DNA of 64,000 nucleotides, taken from the NCBI RefSeq assembly GCF_022045235.1, contig NW_027266275.1:73966001-74030000 (forward strand), in the 5' to 3' direction. Below the pieces are notes generated by a model, which made no database searches, was not told the origin of the DNA, and worked only from the letters and a program-made list of their open reading frames with translations. The position numbers and the translations under genes are program-made. Shown here one piece after another: positions 38,278-51,400 of the stretch; position 1 is the first letter of the stretch, and each line of letters starts with the position of its first letter. Source of the DNA: Haliotis cracherodii (taxonomy: Eukaryota).

Positions 38278-38379
38278 CTCTGCAGCCTTGCCATTGTACA
38301 GACGGAAGTGGTTGCAAGCTTTCAGATTGAGAGCAATGGCGCTGTCTGGAAACTGCTGTAGGTAGACTGCCAACACTTC
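38278..38379 (-). CDS. IFT56: IFT56 exon 7
   Basis: [34 protein letters not shown]; TAG / GTCAGT. Confidence 0.95.
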
Positions 38380-38768
38380 CTACAGAAGAAAACAGAAGTC
38401 TGTGATCGCAGAAGGAGACTGAGAACAGAGACAATAATGACTTAACTTTGAGAAACGTATGCATCAAAATAATGCTCAATGTTAATTTGGGATTTGAGTT
38501 CTTCAATTTCAGCAATCATTCATGATTATATAAACATTTCTGTTTACATCTTATATTTTCAACACACATATATTAATGGTATATGAAGTGATCCTAATTT
38601 GTATATAAGAAAAAGGAGACTGAAGGTAACAGCTGCATAGTGCTATGTCCCACTGCTTCAGAATAGCCGACATTAGAGCTATATATGAGTGATATTGTGT
38701 GATCTACTTCTTGGGACTGCATAATGCTGACAGACATGTGGCTGGATCAACATGGAGATGGTTCCTAC

Positions 38769-38838
38769 CTGTGACACATCGTAGTAGTCCAGCTTGTAGT
38801 AACACAGCGCCACGTACACATTCAGTGCCAGGAAGTCT
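38769..38838 (-). CDS. IFT56: IFT56 exon 6
   Basis: (R)DFLALNVYVALCYYKLDYYDVSQ; CAG / GTAGGA. Confidence 0.95.
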
Positions 38839-38969
38839 CTGCAAGAGGAGAGAGCGTTCATGTGATACCTATCTGATATCTGATGTTCATAGATAATGCA
38901 GTGTAAAATGGAGTTTTACACACGTGAACAAAGAGTAGCTCTGTCATTTCACATCCAAAACACATCTGT

Positions 38970-39440
38970 GACATTTATAATATATGTTTTGTGTAGTTGT
39001 CTACCTGAAAATTAAATTATTTCATAACAAATGTAAAACCTTGAAACATAAATTCTCCCTTCTAACACCCCATGTAATTGCGACTTAAAAAATAGTTTCG
39101 TGTTTGCAAAATCTTAAAAAATATAAACAAAAGTATCAAAAAATATTTAGTGACACGAAAATTCTTTATGATATATATCATTATGATAATAATTACAAAA
39201 TCAACTTTAACAAAAAATATTCTTAAAAACTAGCAGACCAATGATGGAAGCGAAAGAAAACACGTTGGCCAAGTACAAAAACGGCGCCTTGCCAAACAGT
39301 CTTGATTGACGAGTTAAATGAGAAATTTACAGTTTATAACAAATTATATTTCGAGAGAATAACAAACTGCAAGAAGTGATATTAACCCCATAAATATGTT
39401 ATTATTTTGCCTTGTCAATGTGGAACTAACGTAAAAAGGA
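38970..39440 (-). repeat. Second copy of the dispersed repeat at 425-770
   Basis: Reverse-complement block matches to 425-770. Confidence 0.7.
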
Positions 39441-39845
39441 TGTCAACAGTTCGTGTACGGACTAGACACCTACGATAAAGGGAGACGATTTAAGGAGAGG
39501 TAACTCTTGTATGACAATAGTTCCATCAAAGTGTTATGTTCACTGCATTGAAATATCAAGTGTTATGTTCACTTCAATGAAAATATCTTTTCTCAACTTC
39601 AGAAAACTCAGTCTTTCCCACTGAAGTAAATAATAAAATACTTTGTTTCACACTTGTGCATGGAAACAATGCTGCAGCACACCTGAATACAAGCAAATAA
39701 GGATTTATTTTTAAATATGCCAGTTTAGGACACAAAATATTTGGAAATGCTATGGACACAGTTTAAAATCCTAGATAAATACCACATCAGTAAATCAGTA
39801 AAGTAAACACAGACAAACTATTGTCAGCCATCTCATATTTCTGAC

Positions 39846-40041
39846 CGATTATCCAGCAGGATGCGCTTGTAGATGTCGATGGCCTCTTGGTAGTGTGAGC
39901 GAAGGTAGTGGATGGAGGCGAGGGACAGCTGGTCCTCGATGATATCCTGCAGGGCCTGGTGGTGGCCCATCAACCGGCGCTCATCATTGAACTTGTGAGA
40001 CAGGTGGAACTGCAGGCGGTTCTGAAGGCGAGTCTTGGGAG
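39846..40041 (-). CDS. IFT56: IFT56 exon 5
   Basis: (S)PKTRLQNRLQFHLSHKFNDE...SHYQEAIDIYKRILLDN(R); CAG / GTCAGA. Confidence 0.95.
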
Positions 40042-40538
40042 CTGAAAGCAGATATAACATCAAAAAGCTGGTACTACCACTGTCTGTTTGATAACTCTCT
40101 GTTTAGAATGGGCTTTGCATATGCTGATGTTCAAGAATACTCCATAAACTCACAATAAATTATGTCAATGTTCAACTAGTATACATGGTAATTATTGGTA
40201 AATCAATCACAGCATTAGAAATTGGCACCAGTCCTATAGCCCTTGCCAAACTGCCGAATAGTTAAGGTATCATAAGGACTAGTGGAAATTTGCCATTTTT
40301 AAGGGTTTTGTTATATGTATTCATTATAAGTACTAGTGGAGTAAAACTGTTAGTTTCTATCGCTGAGTCTTGTTCACTGCATACACAAAGGTAAATTATT
40401 TACTAGCTTTCTGATACATGTTGTATGGTCAGACCTGTTAGAGACAACTAAATATGTATTACGTCCTTTAAAACAGATGCACATGGTCACAAATATCGGT
40501 GTTTCAACTCCGGTGCTCAAGAGACAACAGGTACTCAC

Positions 40539-40653
40539 ATCGTGCTACAGCTGTGTCAGCATCCGAATACATCCCTAGGAAGAAGTAGCAGCAGGCTAGG
40601 AAGGCAAAGATGTCAGGATGACAGCCATCTCTCTTGGACAGCCTCTCGTATTC
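40539..40653 (-). CDS. IFT56: IFT56 exon 4
   Basis: EYERLSKRDGCHPDIFAFLACCYFFLGMYSDADTAVAR; CAG / GTGAGT. Confidence 0.93.
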
Positions 40654-41074
40654 CTGGACACAAACTGTTGGTGTTAGTCAGTGAAGACATACCATCTACT
40701 CATCTGTTGTGTGGTGTCATGTAAGATTGTGTATCATACTCCTGGGTACTGTTGTACAAAACAACCTTAGCACTATCTTAAGGTATGGGAGTTACCTTAG
40801 CAATAAGATCGCATTGTACAACACTTGGCAATTCAGAATGAGGCCCCTAATCGCCAGCACATAAAGTCAGTGATCTAACCCACTCAGCCACCGAGACTTC
40901 CACAAAATGGAAGTCCAACAACTGGTAGCCTATATCCCATACTTTGTGTACTCCTCTGACAAGTGTAAACTAAAAGGTGTATTCAATACTAAGTTGTCCT
41001 CAACCATGCAAGAGTTGTCGCCCCTGTTGTGTTATCTCAGCTTTGCAATAGTAGATGGTGTTTGATCTACATAC

Positions 41075-41167
41075 CTCCATAGATCGTTTGTAGTCTCCCA
41101 GGTGGAAGGCGCAGTAGGCAATCCACATGTCTACTTCTTCATTTCCCTTTCCACTGTTACGACTAAA
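41075..41167 (-). CDS. IFT56: IFT56 exon 3
   Basis: FSRNSGKGNEEVDMWIAYCAFHLGDYKRSME; CAG / GTATGT. Confidence 0.95.
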
Positions 41168-41369
41168 CTGCAAGTAACCATGGTGACACAAATTTAGAAA
41201 CAACAATGCAAATGCAGCTGTGGACTTCAGTCTCACAGGAGTACATAAAATACAGTTCATTAAATGACTTCAACTGTGGAAGAAACATGAATACTTGATG
41301 ATATAAGTTAATCCGCAAGTGTGGACATTAGTTGGAAAAGAGCCAGACAAGGTAGCATAGGCTAGGTAC

Positions 41370-41507
41370 CTCTAGCAGAGTGATAGCTCCGGTGTAATCT
41401 CGCGCTGACAAGAACTCGTCTAACTTTGGAAATTTCTTCTTCTTCTTCTGTTCCTTTCCTCCTGATGCGGCCCCCGGCCCCATGGCCGGCTTCATGCGTG
41501 AGAGCAT
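41370..41507 (-). CDS. IFT56: IFT56 exon 2
   Basis: MLSRMKPAMG...PKLDEFLSARDYTGAITLLE matches the TTC26 N-terminus; CAG / GTACCT. Confidence 0.93.
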
Positions 41508-43646
41508 CTGCAAAATACAGAAACTGTTCAGACTATGTGGACTGTGAATAAAAGTTGATTTGTAACATTGTTCCATCAAGGGTCCATAGGTATTGTAATC
41601 ATAACGTCATCAATATCTAGTCTGTTGTTTCGAGGTGAATATTATAAAGCACATTGCAACTGTATACCTTGGCTCTGGATTAGCTAACCCCCAACTTTAG
41701 AAACATTAATCAGGTACCTATGACACTACAACATGACCATATTTTTGTATATTTTGTTACCATTTATGAAAATTACAGTCAGCATGGTCAGTTTAATAGA
41801 CAAACAGTCATAGAAAAATGGTCTGACATATCTTAATGATCTATTTGAGACTCACTGAAATCCCGGTATTTTTCGCTATCAGTCTACAACTAATGTCACA
41901 CCCTGAATTATCACTTTAAAACCATTGAAGTCTCACACTATGTGCTGAGTTCAAAATTCAATTTAGCACCATTAATCTTCAGGTAATCATGGTAATAGAC
42001 TTACATAGAAAACATAACATGACAATAGTACAGGAAATCAGTAAGTGAATTCTAAACTGACATTGTGTCATTCTTCCTTTCTGCAAGAGTGGTTTCAAGC
42101 ATTTTAAGTAATATAACAAGGGTATTTTGATATATATATTTTTGAACATATATATCTCTGGAATACAAACTTAGGTAGAAGGCTATCACAGGGTCGACAT
42201 CTAATGTAATAGTGACAAACTGACTTTAAAGTTCTAAATATTGACTAAATTTATAGCCTTTCAGTTTACAATTGTTTAGCTTTTGACTGCATTTTGAACA
42301 ATTGTACTAAGTTATAGAAATTAGGGTTAAAGAAATGCTCTTAGAAAAAGTACATTTGTATTAGTGTGCTGTTTGCATTGTCATGAACAGTGGGCACTAG
42401 AAGTGTAACAATACAATGGGACGATACATATCCCGATACTGGACTTGTATATAAAAAGCTGATATTCTTTATTTTTCAGGTAAATCACAACCTAGAATCG
42501 TATGTTTTTAATTTTCAGAGATCAAAGATGGGATTTGTAGGGCAAAAGCATATATAATATAGGCTAGAGGGAACTGTGAATGTTATGCCATTTACAGCCA
42601 AACAGGAAATACTAGAGAATATGTGAAAGCTGGTTGGTGAACAATTTGTAATTATTCATGTGTTTTTACTCAAATGTAACTTGTAATTAAATGTATCATA
42701 TTTATCACGATACAGAGTTTGTAAATCGATGTTTTGTATCATGGGCCTCTTATTGCGATACAATATTCTGTAATGCTGTATAGATACACCACTAGTGGGT
42801 AACACTGAATGTTTGGATCAGTACCTTAAATTAGGGATGATTGGGTAATGGAAACCAAGTCATGTGTTTTTTAGACAATGATCTGTTTGAGCTGTTTGTG
42901 TTTGCTTTATCAGATATCAAAATATTGTCAAATAGCAGTACCACATTAAGACTGAGGGAGACAAACAATGCTTATAGGCATGTAAAGGGACTTAGATAGT
43001 AGAGTGATCAGGTGATGATAGAGAACAGTCAATGACAAATATTGTTACCCACTGATTAGTCTACATTTTTAGACATAGTGCACGACTACGATGGAACCTT
43101 TGGTTAGAAATATTGACACTGGGTTTTACTGAACGCAAAATAATGAGTTCGGTATGCATTCAAATTTTGAGAATACATGCATGTCGCATATGACTGACAA
43201 ACTTCAGATGGACATATGACTGACAAACGTACGTCAGATGGACATGTATATCTCTGACAAACCTCAGAGTGACGATGGTTGATTGTCTTAAATTTAACAT
43301 TGAAATTCCCATGTCTGGTTGGTTAAGGCTTCTGCATGTAATGATATGACATCAGTGAAGTCTGTAACATGTGGGGGGCATGGGACATGCCTTGACGACA
43401 TAATATCACTGAGAATCCCATTGACTCGAAAATAGATACGATAGACGCAGGTGAATCACTGTGATGAGACTTGTTACTTTGTAGATTCTAGGCCTAGTCT
43501 CTACTCTAGCAACGAAAATGCCGATAAAAACGAACAGGCAGGCACATCATCTAAAACTGATCCTAACCCTATATCAATGTGGCATGTCTGTGAATTGTCT
43601 TGATATGTCATGTCGATACATTATATAGAAAATGGAAATAACATAC

Positions 43647-43649
43647 CAT
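43647..43649 (-). CDS. IFT56: IFT56 exon 1 coding part (ATG only)
   Basis: AAG ATG|GTATGT donor beside a promoter-like region; gives MMLSR, as in vertebrate TTC26. Confidence 0.65.
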
Positions 43650-43714
43650 CTTTCCCGGGGTTAGTGTGAGACCAACAACGTCAAGATTTGCATTTGTTTG
43701 GAATGTCACTACAC

Positions 43715-43920
43715 ACCGATTGCGCCTGCGTTACCGGAAGCGGATGTTCGAATACCAGCCAATGATACGGAGGTAGTTTGATTCCGAATCAAGTTTACTG
43801 AAACCGGTTTCCACGATTGGTTTCGATGAAATGCTGTCCACGGGAGGATTTTACGACGATTGAATCACTATATAGCCACTGTTAACTACATATTACAAAC
43901 TGCAGAAAAGGGGCGTGATT
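43715..43920 (-). promoter_or_regulatory. Putative IFT56 promoter
   Basis: CpG-richer patch with NRF1-like TGCGCCTGCG (43721), ETS ACCGGAAG (43733), CCAAT (43759), ATTGG (43816) and GGGGCGTG (~43910). Confidence 0.55.
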
Positions 43921-44073
43921 ATAAATTGAACAAAGCAAATCAGAGATAATCCCACCCTAACAGGAACATTGACATCAATAAATCAAAAATATTTTCAAGT
44001 CTTCGAAAGGCATTTAGAAGTGATATACATAAGGAAGAGAATTTATGGATGTCACCTTCTTTATTATAAGGAA

Positions 44074-44113
44074 CACAACGTTTCGGAGGATATGCTTACT
44101 CCTTCATCGGGTG
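44074..44113 (-). ncRNA. Minimal type I hammerhead ribozyme-like motif (Penelope-associated)
   Basis: CAC-CCGAUGA-A-GGAG(uaagcauauc)CUCC-GAAA-CG-UU-GUG; core reads CCGAUGA rather than CUGAUGA. Confidence 0.6.
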
Positions 44114-44304
44114 AATGAATGCTTTGAGGCAGAGAGCAAATATCTGTACATGTAAGAACAACAAAAGTAATGAAATTAAGATAACAAAAGGTGGAAACTT
44201 AACAAGGGAAGCCGACAGATAATTGGCGTTGATAGCTGATTAGCAAGAGACAATGGAAGCCAACACTTTACAGCAATTAGCGCTGATAGTTTTGGACAAC
44301 TGGA

Positions 44305-44593
44305 GTGAGTGAGTGAGTGAGTGAGTTGGGTTTAACGCCGCTTTTTAACAGTATTCCAGTTATATCGCGGCGTGTCAGCTTAATGTGGGAGGAAGGCCCG
44401 AAGTGATGCAGGTCTCAGACGTTTACCACTTTGGTGAAACCCACGAGCACGGGTATGGTGCTGACAAACCCAAAAACATAATCGGGGCGAACCCGGATTC
44501 GAACCCACGATCATAGGTTTCTGGCGTGCCCAAGGGACGCAACTCTGCACAGCGAATCGCGGCGCCTTAGACGACTGGGCCACCCGTGCCCCC
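44305..44593 (-). mobile_element. tRNA-derived SINE, family D, inserted in the Penelope remnant
   Basis: 12-bp TSD tggacaactgga at 44293-44304 and 44594-44605; head ggtggcccagtcgtctaaggcg...ggttcgaatcc; (actc)n tail. Confidence 0.9.
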
Positions 44594-45439
44594 TGGACAA
44601 CTGGAAGCCAGGACTAAATTATCATTGGTTATTGGCAATGGACATTGGGTAAACGGGAGGCCGGGGGTAATTAACACTGATAGGTAAAAGAATAGAAATA
44701 GCAAAGGGCAAATAGAAGCCAGCCAGATTATAGGCACCTACAAGATCAATGCAATAAGTCCCAAGAACCAGGCAGATAGGTTCCCTAGTCACGGTTCATG
44801 GCTGGCTGGTGTCTCCTGATGTCAATGGCTTCTTGTAGTTTCCTTTGTCGCCAGTTGTTGTTGGTGGTAGACAGGACTTTGGTGGCTTCCCACATGATGT
44901 TATGGTTTTGGTGCTTGCGGATGTGTTCTGGAATAGCGGATTTCAGGCCTAATTTGTTGACAGAGGTATGATGTTTTTTATTCTGATGTTGAGGGGTCTG
45001 GGTCAAAACACATGATTGATACGGTCTGATAGTTACGATTGCCTTACATATTCTTTTAATGTAATGTTTGGTATTCGTTTTGGTGGTTCGCGTTGAAATT
45101 TCAATATTATATCCCAGGTATTGAAATAAACAAACGTCATTATTAATTTATTTTTATATATTTACTGACGCTTACAAAACGTTCCTACAATGATTCTAGT
45201 TTCTTCAAAAGGCACACACGACCCAGTGGTATAAGACGCCAGCTCTCGCCATGTCAGCTTGTATGTGATGGAAAACATTAGACTCACTTCCCTTCCCAGA
45301 GCTTGTTCCTTGCGGTCATACTTGTAATGTGCTGCTAAGTCAGACACGGATCCAGACACGACAAAGGGACAAAACTCTGCTTTTCTTCTTTCTCCTAAGA
45401 AAGTAAATTCGGTGTTCTGAAACACATTCAAGGTTGTGT

Positions 45440-48400
45440 CTACTGCCTTGTAACACAGATCGGGTTTTGTGATCTGTCTTGAAACACTCAGATCGGGTTG
45501 TGTGTTCTGCCTTGTAAACACTCAGATCGGGTTGTGTGTTCTGCCTTGTAACACAGATCGGGTTGTGTGTTCTGCCTTGTAAACACTCAGATCGGGTTGT
45601 GTGTTCTGCCTTGTAACACAGATCGGGTTGTGTGTTCTGCCTTGAAACACTCAGATCGGGTTGCGTGTTCTGCCTTGAAACACTCAGATCGGGTTGTGTG
45701 TTCTGCCTTGAAACACTCAGATCGGGTTGTGTGTTCTGTCTTGTAACACTCAGATCGGGTTGTGTGTTCTGTCTTGTAACACTCAGATCGGGTTGTGTGT
45801 TCTGTCTTGTAACACTCAGATCGGGTTGCGTGTTCTGCCTTGAAACACTCAGATCGGGTTGTGTGTTCTGCCTTATAACACTCAGATCGGGTTGTGTGTT
45901 CTTCCTTATAACACTCAGATCGGGTTGTGTGTTCTGCCTTATAACACAGATCGGGTTGTGTGTTCTGCCTTCTAACATTCACATCGGGTTGTGTGTTCTG
46001 GCTTGAAACACTCAGATCGGGTTGCGTGTTCTGCCTTGAAACACTCAGATCGGGTTGTGTGTTCTGTCTTGTAACACTCAGATCGGGTTGTGTGTTCTGC
46101 CTTATAACACAGATCGGGTTGTGTGTTCTGCCTTCTAACATTCACATCGGGTTGTGTGTTCTGCCTTGAAACACTCAGATCGGGTTGCGTGTTCTGCCTT
46201 GAAACACTCAGATCGGGTTGTGTGTTCTGCCTTATAACACTCAGATCGGGTTGTGTGTTCTGCCTTATAACACAGATCGGGTTGTGTGTTCTGCCTTCTA
46301 ACATTCACATCGGGTTGTGTGTTCTGCCTTGAAACACTCAGATCGGGTTGCGTGTTCTGCCTTGAAACACTCAGATCGGGTTGTGTGTTCTGTCTTGTAA
46401 CACTCAGATCGGGTTGTGTGTTCTGCCTTATAACACAGATCGGGTTGCATGTTCTGCCTTGAAACACTCAGATCGGGTTGTGTGTTCTGCCTTATAACAC
46501 TCAGATCGGGTTGTGTGTTCTGCCTTATAACACAGATCGGGTTGTGTGTTCTGCCTTCTAACATTCACATCGGGTTGTGTGTTCTGCCTTGAAACACTCA
46601 GATCGGGTTGCGTGTTCTGCCTTGAAACACTCAGATCGGGTTGTGTGTTCTGCCTTGAAACACTCAGATCGGGTTGTGTGTTCTGCCTTGTAGTAAGATC
46701 GGGTTGTGTGTTCTGCCTTGTAACACAGAACGGGTTGTGTGTTCTGTCTTGTAACACTCAGATCGGGTTGTGTGTTCTGCCTTGAAACACTCAGATCGGG
46801 TTGTGTGTTCTGCCTTGTAACGCTCAGATCGGGTTGTGTGTTCTGTCTTGTAACACAGATCGGGTTGTGTGTTCTGCCTTGTAACACTCAGATCGGGTTG
46901 TGTGTTCTGTCTTGTAACGCTCAGATCGGGTTGTGTGTTCTGCCTTGAAACGCTCAGATCGGGTTGTGTGTTCTGTCTTGTAACACTCAGATCGGGTTGT
47001 GTGTTCTGTCTTGTAACACTCAGATCGGGTTGTGTGTTCTGTCTTGTAACACAGATCGGGTTGTGTGTTCTGCCTTGTAACACAGAACGGGTTGTGTGTT
47101 CTGTCTTGTAACACTCAGATCGGGTTGTGTGTTCTGCCTTGAAACACTCAGATCGGGTTGTGTGTTCTGCCTTGTAGTAAGATCGGGTTGTGTGTTCTGC
47201 CTTGTAACACAGAACGGGTTGTGTGTTCTGTCTTGTAACACTCAGATCGGGTTGTGTGTTCTGCCTTGAAACACTCAGATCGGGTTGTGTGTTCTGCCTT
47301 GTAACGCTCAGATCGGGTTGTGTGTTCTGTCTTGTAACACAGATCGGGTTGTGTGTTCTGCCTTGTAACACTCAGATCGGGTTGTGTGTTCTGTCTTGTA
47401 ACGCTCAGATCGGGTTGTGTGTTCTGCCTTGAAACACTCAGATCGGGTTGTGTGTTCTGCCTTGTAACGCTCAGATCGGGTTGTGTGTTCTGTCTTGTAA
47501 CACAGATCGGGTTGTGTGTTCTGCCTTGTAACACTCAGATCGGGTTGTGTGTTCTGTCTTGTAACGCTCAGATCGGGTTGTGTGTTCTGTCTTGTAACAT
47601 TCACATCGGGTTGTGTGTTCTGCCTTGTAACACAGATCGGGTTGTGTGTTCTGCCTTGTAACACAGATCGGGTTGTGTGTTCTGTCTTGTAACGCTCAGA
47701 ACGGGTTGTGTGTTCTGTCTTGTAACATTCACATCGGGTTGTGTGTTCTGCCTTGTAACACAGATCGGGTTGTGTGTTCTGCCTTGTAACACAGATCGGG
47801 TTGTGTGTTCTGTCTTGTAACACTCAGATCGGGTTGCGTGTTCTGCCTTGTAACACTCAGATCGGGTTGTGTGTTCTGCCTTGTAACACAGATCGGGTTG
47901 TGTGTTCTGCCTTGTAAACACTCAGATCGGGTTGTGTGTTCTGCCTTGAAACACTCAGATCGGGTTGTGTGTTCTGTCTTGTAACACTCAGATCGGGTTG
48001 TGTGTTCTGCCTTGTAACACAGAACGGGTTGTGTGTTCTGTCTTGTAACACTCAGATCGGGTTGTGTGTTCTGTCTTGTAACACTCAGATCGGGTTGTGT
48101 GTTCTGTCTTGTAACACTCAGATCGGGTTGTGTGTTCTGTCTTGTAACACTCAGATCGGGTTGCGTGTTCTGCCTTGTAACACTCAGATCGGGTTGTGTG
48201 TTCTGCCTTGTAACACAGAACGGGTTGTGTGTTCTGTCTTGTAACACTCAGATCGGGTTGCGTGTTCTGCCTTGAAACACTCAGATCGGGTTGTGTGTTC
48301 TGCCTTATAACACAGAACGGGTTGTGTGTTCTGCCTTGAAACATTCACATCGGGTTGTGTGTTCTGCCTTGTAACACAGATCGGGTTGTGTGTTCTGCCT

Positions 48401-51400
48401 TGTAAACACTCAGATCGGGTTGTGTGTTCTGTCTTGTAACACAGATCGGGTTGTGTGTTCTGCCTTGAAACACTCAGATCGGGTTGTGTGTTCTGCCTTG
48501 TAACACTCAGATCGGGTTGCGTGTTCTGCCTTATAACACAGAACGGGTTGTGTGTTCTGCCTTGAAACACTCAGATCGGGTTGCGTGTTCTGCCTTGAAA
48601 CACTCAGATCGGGTTGTGTGTTCTGCCTTATAACACAGAACGGGTTGTGTGTTCTGCCTTGAAACATTCACATCGGGTTGTGTGTTCTGCCTTGAAACAC
48701 TTAGATCGGGTTGTGTGTTCTGCCTTGTAACACTCAGATCGGGTTGTGTGTTCTGCCTTGTAACACAGATCGGGTTGTGTGTTCTGCCTTGTAACACAGA
48801 TCGGGTTGTGTGTTCTGTCTTGTAACACTCAGATCGGGTTGTGTGTCCTGCCTTGAAACACTCAGATCGGGTTGTGTGTCCTGCCTTGAAACACTCAGAT
48901 CGGGTTGTGTGTCCTGCCTTGAAACACTCAGATCGGGTTGTGTGTTCTGCCTTGTAACACAGATCGGGTTGTGTGTTCTGCCTTGTAACACAGATCGGGT
49001 TGTGTGTTCTGCCTTGTAACACAGATCGGGTTGTGTGTTCTGCCTTGTAACACAGATCGGGTTGTGTGTTCTGCCTTGTAACACTCAGATCGGGTTGTGT
49101 GTTCTGCCTTGTAACACAGATCGGGTTGTGTGTTCTGCCTTGTAACACAGATCGGGTTGTGTGTTCTGCCTTGTAACACAGATCGGGTTGTGTGTTCTGC
49201 CTTGTAACACAGATCGGGTTGTGTGTTCTGCCTTGTAACACAGATCGGGTTGTGTGTTCTGCCTTGTAACACTCAGATCGGGTTGTGTGTTCTGTCTTGT
49301 AACACTCAGATCGGGTTGTGTGTTCTGCCTTGTAACACTCAGATCGGGTTGTGTGTTCTGTCTTGTAACACTCAGATCGGGTTGTGTGTCCTGCCTTGAA
49401 ACACTCAGATCGGGTTGTGTGTCCTGCCTTGAAACACTCAGATCGGGTTGTGTGTTCTGCCTTGTAACACAGATCGGGTTGTGTGTTCTGCCTTGTAACA
49501 CAGATTGGGTTGTGTGTTCTGCCTTGTAACACTCAGATCGGGTTGTGTGTTCTGTCTTGTAACACTCAGATCGGGTTGTGTGTTCTGTCTTGTAACACTC
49601 AGATCGGGTTGTGTGTCCTGCCTTGAAACACTCAGATCGGGTTGTGTGTTCTGCCTTATAACACAGAACGGGTTGTGTGTTCTGCCTTGTAACACTCAGA
49701 TCGGGTTGTGTGTTCTGTCTTGTAACACTCAGATCGGGTTGTGTGTCCTGCCTTGAAACACTCAGATCGGGTTGTGTGTTCTGCCTTGTAACACAGATCG
49801 GGTTGTGTGTTCTGCCTTGTAACACTCAGATCGGGTTGTGTGTTCTGTCTTGTAACACTCAGATCGGGTTGTGTGTTCTGCCTTGTAACACAGATCGGGT
49901 TGTGTGTCCTGCCTTGAAACACTCAGATCGGGTTGTGTGTCCTGCCTTGTAACACAGATCGGGTTGTGTGTTCTGTCTTGTAACACTCAGATCGGGTTGT
50001 GTGTTCTGCCTTGAAACACTCAGATCGGGTTGTGTGTTCTGTCTTGTAACACTCAGATCGGGTTGTGTGTTCTGCCTTGTAACACTCAGATCGGGTTGTG
50101 TGTTCTGTCTTGTAACACTCAGATCGGGTTGTGTGTCCTGCCTTGAAACACTCAGATCGGGTTGTGTGTCCTGCCTTGAAACACACAGATCGGGTTGTGT
50201 GTTCTGCCTTGTAACACTCAGATCGGGTTGTGTGTTCTGTCTTGTAACACTCAGATCGGGTTGTGTGTTCTGTCTTGTAACACTCAGATCGGGTTGTGTG
50301 TCCTGCCTTGAAACACTCAGATCGGGTTGTGTGTTCTGCCTTATAACACAGAACGGGTTGTGTGTTCTGCCTTGTAACACTCAGATCGGGTTGTGTGTTC
50401 TGTCTTGTAACACTCAGATCGGGTTGTGTGTTCTGCCTTGTAACACAGATCGGGTTGTGTGTCCTGCCTTGAAACACTCAGATCGGGTTGTGTGTCCTGC
50501 CTTGAAACACTCAGATCGGGTTGTGTGTTCTGCCTTGTAACACAGATCGGGTTGTGTGTTCTGCCTTGTAACACAGATCGGGTTGTGTGTTCTGCCTTGT
50601 AACACTCAGATCGGGTTGTGTGTTCTGTCTTGTAACACTCAGATCGGGTTGTGTGTTCTGCCTTGTAACACAGATCGGGTTGTGTGTTCTGTCTTGTAAC
50701 ACTCAGATCGGGTTGTGTGTTCTGCCTTGTAACACTCAGATCGGGTTGTGTGTCCTGCCTTGAAACACTCAGATCGGGTTGTGTGTTCTGCCTTGTAACA
50801 CAGATCGGGTTGTGTGTTCTGCCTTGTAACACAGATCGGGTTGTGTGTTCTGTCTTGTAACGCTCAGATCGGGTTGTGTGTTCTGCCTTGTAACACTCAG
50901 ATCGGGTTGTGTGTTCTGCCTTGTAACACAGATCGGGTTGTGTGTTCTGTCTTGTAACGCTCAGATCGGGTTGTGTGTTCTGTCTTGTAACACTCAGATC
51001 GGGTTGTGTGTTCTGCCTTGTAACACTCAGATCGGGTTGTGAGTTCTGCCTTGTAACACAGATCGGGTTGTGTGTTCTGTCTTGTAACACTCAGATCGGG
51101 TTGTGTGTTCTGCCTTGTAACACAGATCGGGTTGTGTGTTCTGTCTTGTAACACAGATCGGGTTGTGTGTTCTGTCTTGTAACACAGATCGGGTTGTGTG
51201 TTCTGTCTTGTAACACAGATCGGGTTGTGTGTCCTGCCTTGTAACACAAAACGGGTTGTGTGTTCTGTCTTGTAACACTCAGATCGGGTTGTGTGTTCTG
51301 CCTTGAAACACTCAGATCGGGTTGTGTGTTCTGCCTTGTAGTAAGATCGGGTTGTGTGTTCTGCCTTGTAACACTCAGATCGGGTTGTGTGTTCTGCCTT

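Larger units (their letters stand above)
44030..45005 (-). mobile_element. Penelope-like element 3' remnant (GIY-YIG C-terminus and 3' region)
   Basis: SAIPEH..HNIMWEATKVL..WRQRKLQEAIDI..MNRD; hammerhead-like motif downstream. Confidence 0.8.
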
